Positions 61,790 through 64,000 of a DNA stretch of 64,000 nt are shown piece by piece. The number at the start of each line of letters is the position of its first letter. The first letter of the stretch is position 1. Origin of the DNA: Hemiscyllium ocellatum (taxonomy: Eukaryota); NCBI RefSeq assembly GCF_020745735.1, contig NC_083424.1:48532999-48596998 (forward strand), given 5' to 3'. The notes beneath the pieces are model-generated. The model ran no database searches. It was not told the DNA's origin and saw only the letters and a list, made by a program, of their open reading frames with translations. The position numbers and the translations under genes were made by a program.

Positions 61790-62560
61790 TAGCTGTCATT
61801 CTCACCTCAATTCTGAAATTTGGCTTCTTGTCCATATTTGAACCAAAGTTGTAATGAGGTCAGGAGCTGAGTTAGTCTGGCAGTTAAACAGGGCGTGTTT
61901 GTGAGCAGCTTACTGCTAAGCAAGTGCTGCCTGATAGCACTGTTGGTGACACATTCCATCATTTCACTGATGATTAATAGGAAACTGATGAAATGGGAAT
62001 TGACCAGGGTAGCATTCATCCTGATTTTTATGTAGAGGACTTACCTGGGCAATTGTCCACATTGCTGAGTAAAAGCTACTCTTGTAGCTGTACTGTAATA
62101 TGTTGACTAAAGGCACTACAAGTTTTGGAGTACAAGTCTTCAGCACAATTGCCTGAATCATCTCAGGGCCATTGACATTGCAGTACCCAGTGTCTCCATC
62201 AGTTTCATGATATCATGTGGAATGAATCAAATTGGCTGAAATCTGACATCTGTGATTCTGTGACCTCTAAAGAAGGCCGAGATAGATCACCCACTCAGCA
62301 CTCTCAGATGAAGGTTGTTACGAATGCTTCAGCATAATGAATTGCACTAATTTGTTGGACTGTTCAATCAGTGAGGATGGGATGTTAGTGGAGTCTCCAC
62401 CTCAATGAGTTATTTAATTATCTACTATTATGGACAACTGGATGTGGCAACAGTGCACAGCTTACACCTGAACCGTTAATTGTGAGATCACGTAGCTCTG
62501 TCTATCACTTGCAGCTTATGCTGTTTGTCAATCAATTAGTCCTGACTTGGAGTATCATTG
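61790..62560 (-). mobile_element. Decayed CR1/L2-group LINE fragment
   Basis: VLKTCTPKLVVPLVNILQYSY..MWTIAQVSPLHK. Confidence 0.7.
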
Positions 62561-64000
62561 GGTTGACACCTCATTTTGAGGTATTGTGATTTGCTCCTGC
62601 CATGTCGTACTGCAATCTTCATTGAGTGGAGGCTCGTGCCAAATGTAAGAGATCTGAAGTATTTCGGTAAAACAACATCCTGGCCAGGTCAGTCTCATGG
62701 ATCATACTAAGCAGATAACATCCTGGATACTACCATTTTCTGGTATGTCATGTCCTACCAATAATTGCAGCTGAGGTGATGGTACCACATAGTATGCAGT
62801 CAAGAGGGAGTTTCTCTTAACAACATGAACAGTTGTTTAAGTCTTTAACAGTTAGTTCTAATTCCATGAAATCTCATAACATCATGAGAACGATGTGCAA
62901 GGCTATCTCCTGTTAATTCTCTTGTAACCTTTCTCATCTATCCCCACCATGAATCAAGTAGCCCCCATTTTGACTTCATTTAAATGATGAATTGAATGTG
63001 GCAAAGGCACAGAACGGATTCATGCTGGGCTGCTTTAATATTACTAACCAGAAGTGGATCTGTGGCGCCACTGTTGCTTGAGCTGGCCAAGTCCTAAACG
63101 ATATAACTGGTAGACTAGGTCTGTTGCAGGCGGTCAGGGAACTAAGGGAGAAACACGTATAGATCCCATCGTCAACACTTTACCTTTAACTGACATATCT
63201 GTCCACAACAACTTTTATAAGAGACGCAGTCCTTGTGAAATCGATGCCACTCTTTATGCTAAGGATACCATTTACCCTGCTATATGATCCAACAAATGTG
63301 GGGAAATGGTATTAGTTTTGATCACTAACTCAGGACTGAGCATCTGTGTGTCTGTATGGACCATGAGAAGCAGCAGAATTATATTCAATCAGAATCTGTA
63401 ATGTGATTTTTAGCAGTTTGACCCAGCATATCTCCTTTTCTCCGAACAATATCAAGTCAGGAGATCAACTCTCACATAATCCAGAATTCAACAGAGCCAA
63501 AGCTAGCACCTTGCATACCTAAAGAAAAGGTGTCAACGTAACCAAACCACTGCACAAGACGGCGTTCATGCCACGTATTGTAGGAAACACGTGATTGACA
63601 TAACTAAACAATATCCCAACTAACTGAGCAAATCGAAGCTCTGAAATCCAAACATATCTAGCCCTGAATGATTTTCGACAGCTAAACAACTAACTGGAGG
63701 ATGTCAGATCATAAATAGCCCCACCTTTAGCCTGATGATCAGTGTAAATTATTATGGCAATGCATCTCTCATCAAAAGCATGTACTTGACAGTCAATCTC
63801 AGTCTCATTCTGAAGTTCTTAGCGTCACATATGATAGTCATCCGTCAATTTTATTTACTCTGTGTGAGATCAAATAATCGATCACTGTCACATGTCCCCA
63901 AAGGGTTAACTGAAAAGTTTATAAGTGGTCACTTACAACGCCCTGTCAGGTACAAAGATACATAGTTACAATCCCCAGTTACAGATTAGAGAAGAAAACA

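Noticed and set aside
1-64000. CRISPR arrays, rRNA, operons or other prokaryotic systems
   Set aside because: The sequence is clearly vertebrate, with spliced Ig genes and retroelements, and no regularly spaced repeat-spacer array was seen.

Overview
This is vertebrate genomic DNA from a cartilaginous fish (shark), judged from the HE1-type SINEs, the CR1/L1/Penelope repeat landscape and the Ig sequences. The window is part of a lambda-type immunoglobulin light-chain multicluster locus. It holds two apparently intact clusters in divergent (head-to-head) orientation, each built as leader exon, germline-joined V-J exon (no RSS, no intervening DNA) and C exon. Cluster A is on the minus strand (L 23320-23275, VJ 23107-22763, C 17018-16690) and is an unusually divergent, acidic lambda. 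Cluster B is on the plus strand (L 48564-48612, VJ 48756-49097, C 51791-52113) and is a typical shark lambda with an octamer/decamer promoter. Two orphan C-lambda pseudo-exons (705-1062, 39720-40052) share a 9-nt deletion. The rest is mostly retroelement debris: a near full-length decayed L1, CR1, Rex1/Babar, a Penelope element, a Gypsy-type LTR element with integrase upstream of RT (Gmr1-like), a solo LTR and SINEs. About ten minimal hammerhead-ribozyme motifs occur in Penelope-type tails; two keep an intact catalytic core and one disrupts a C exon. All coordinates and identity counts were made by hand; no database searches were run.
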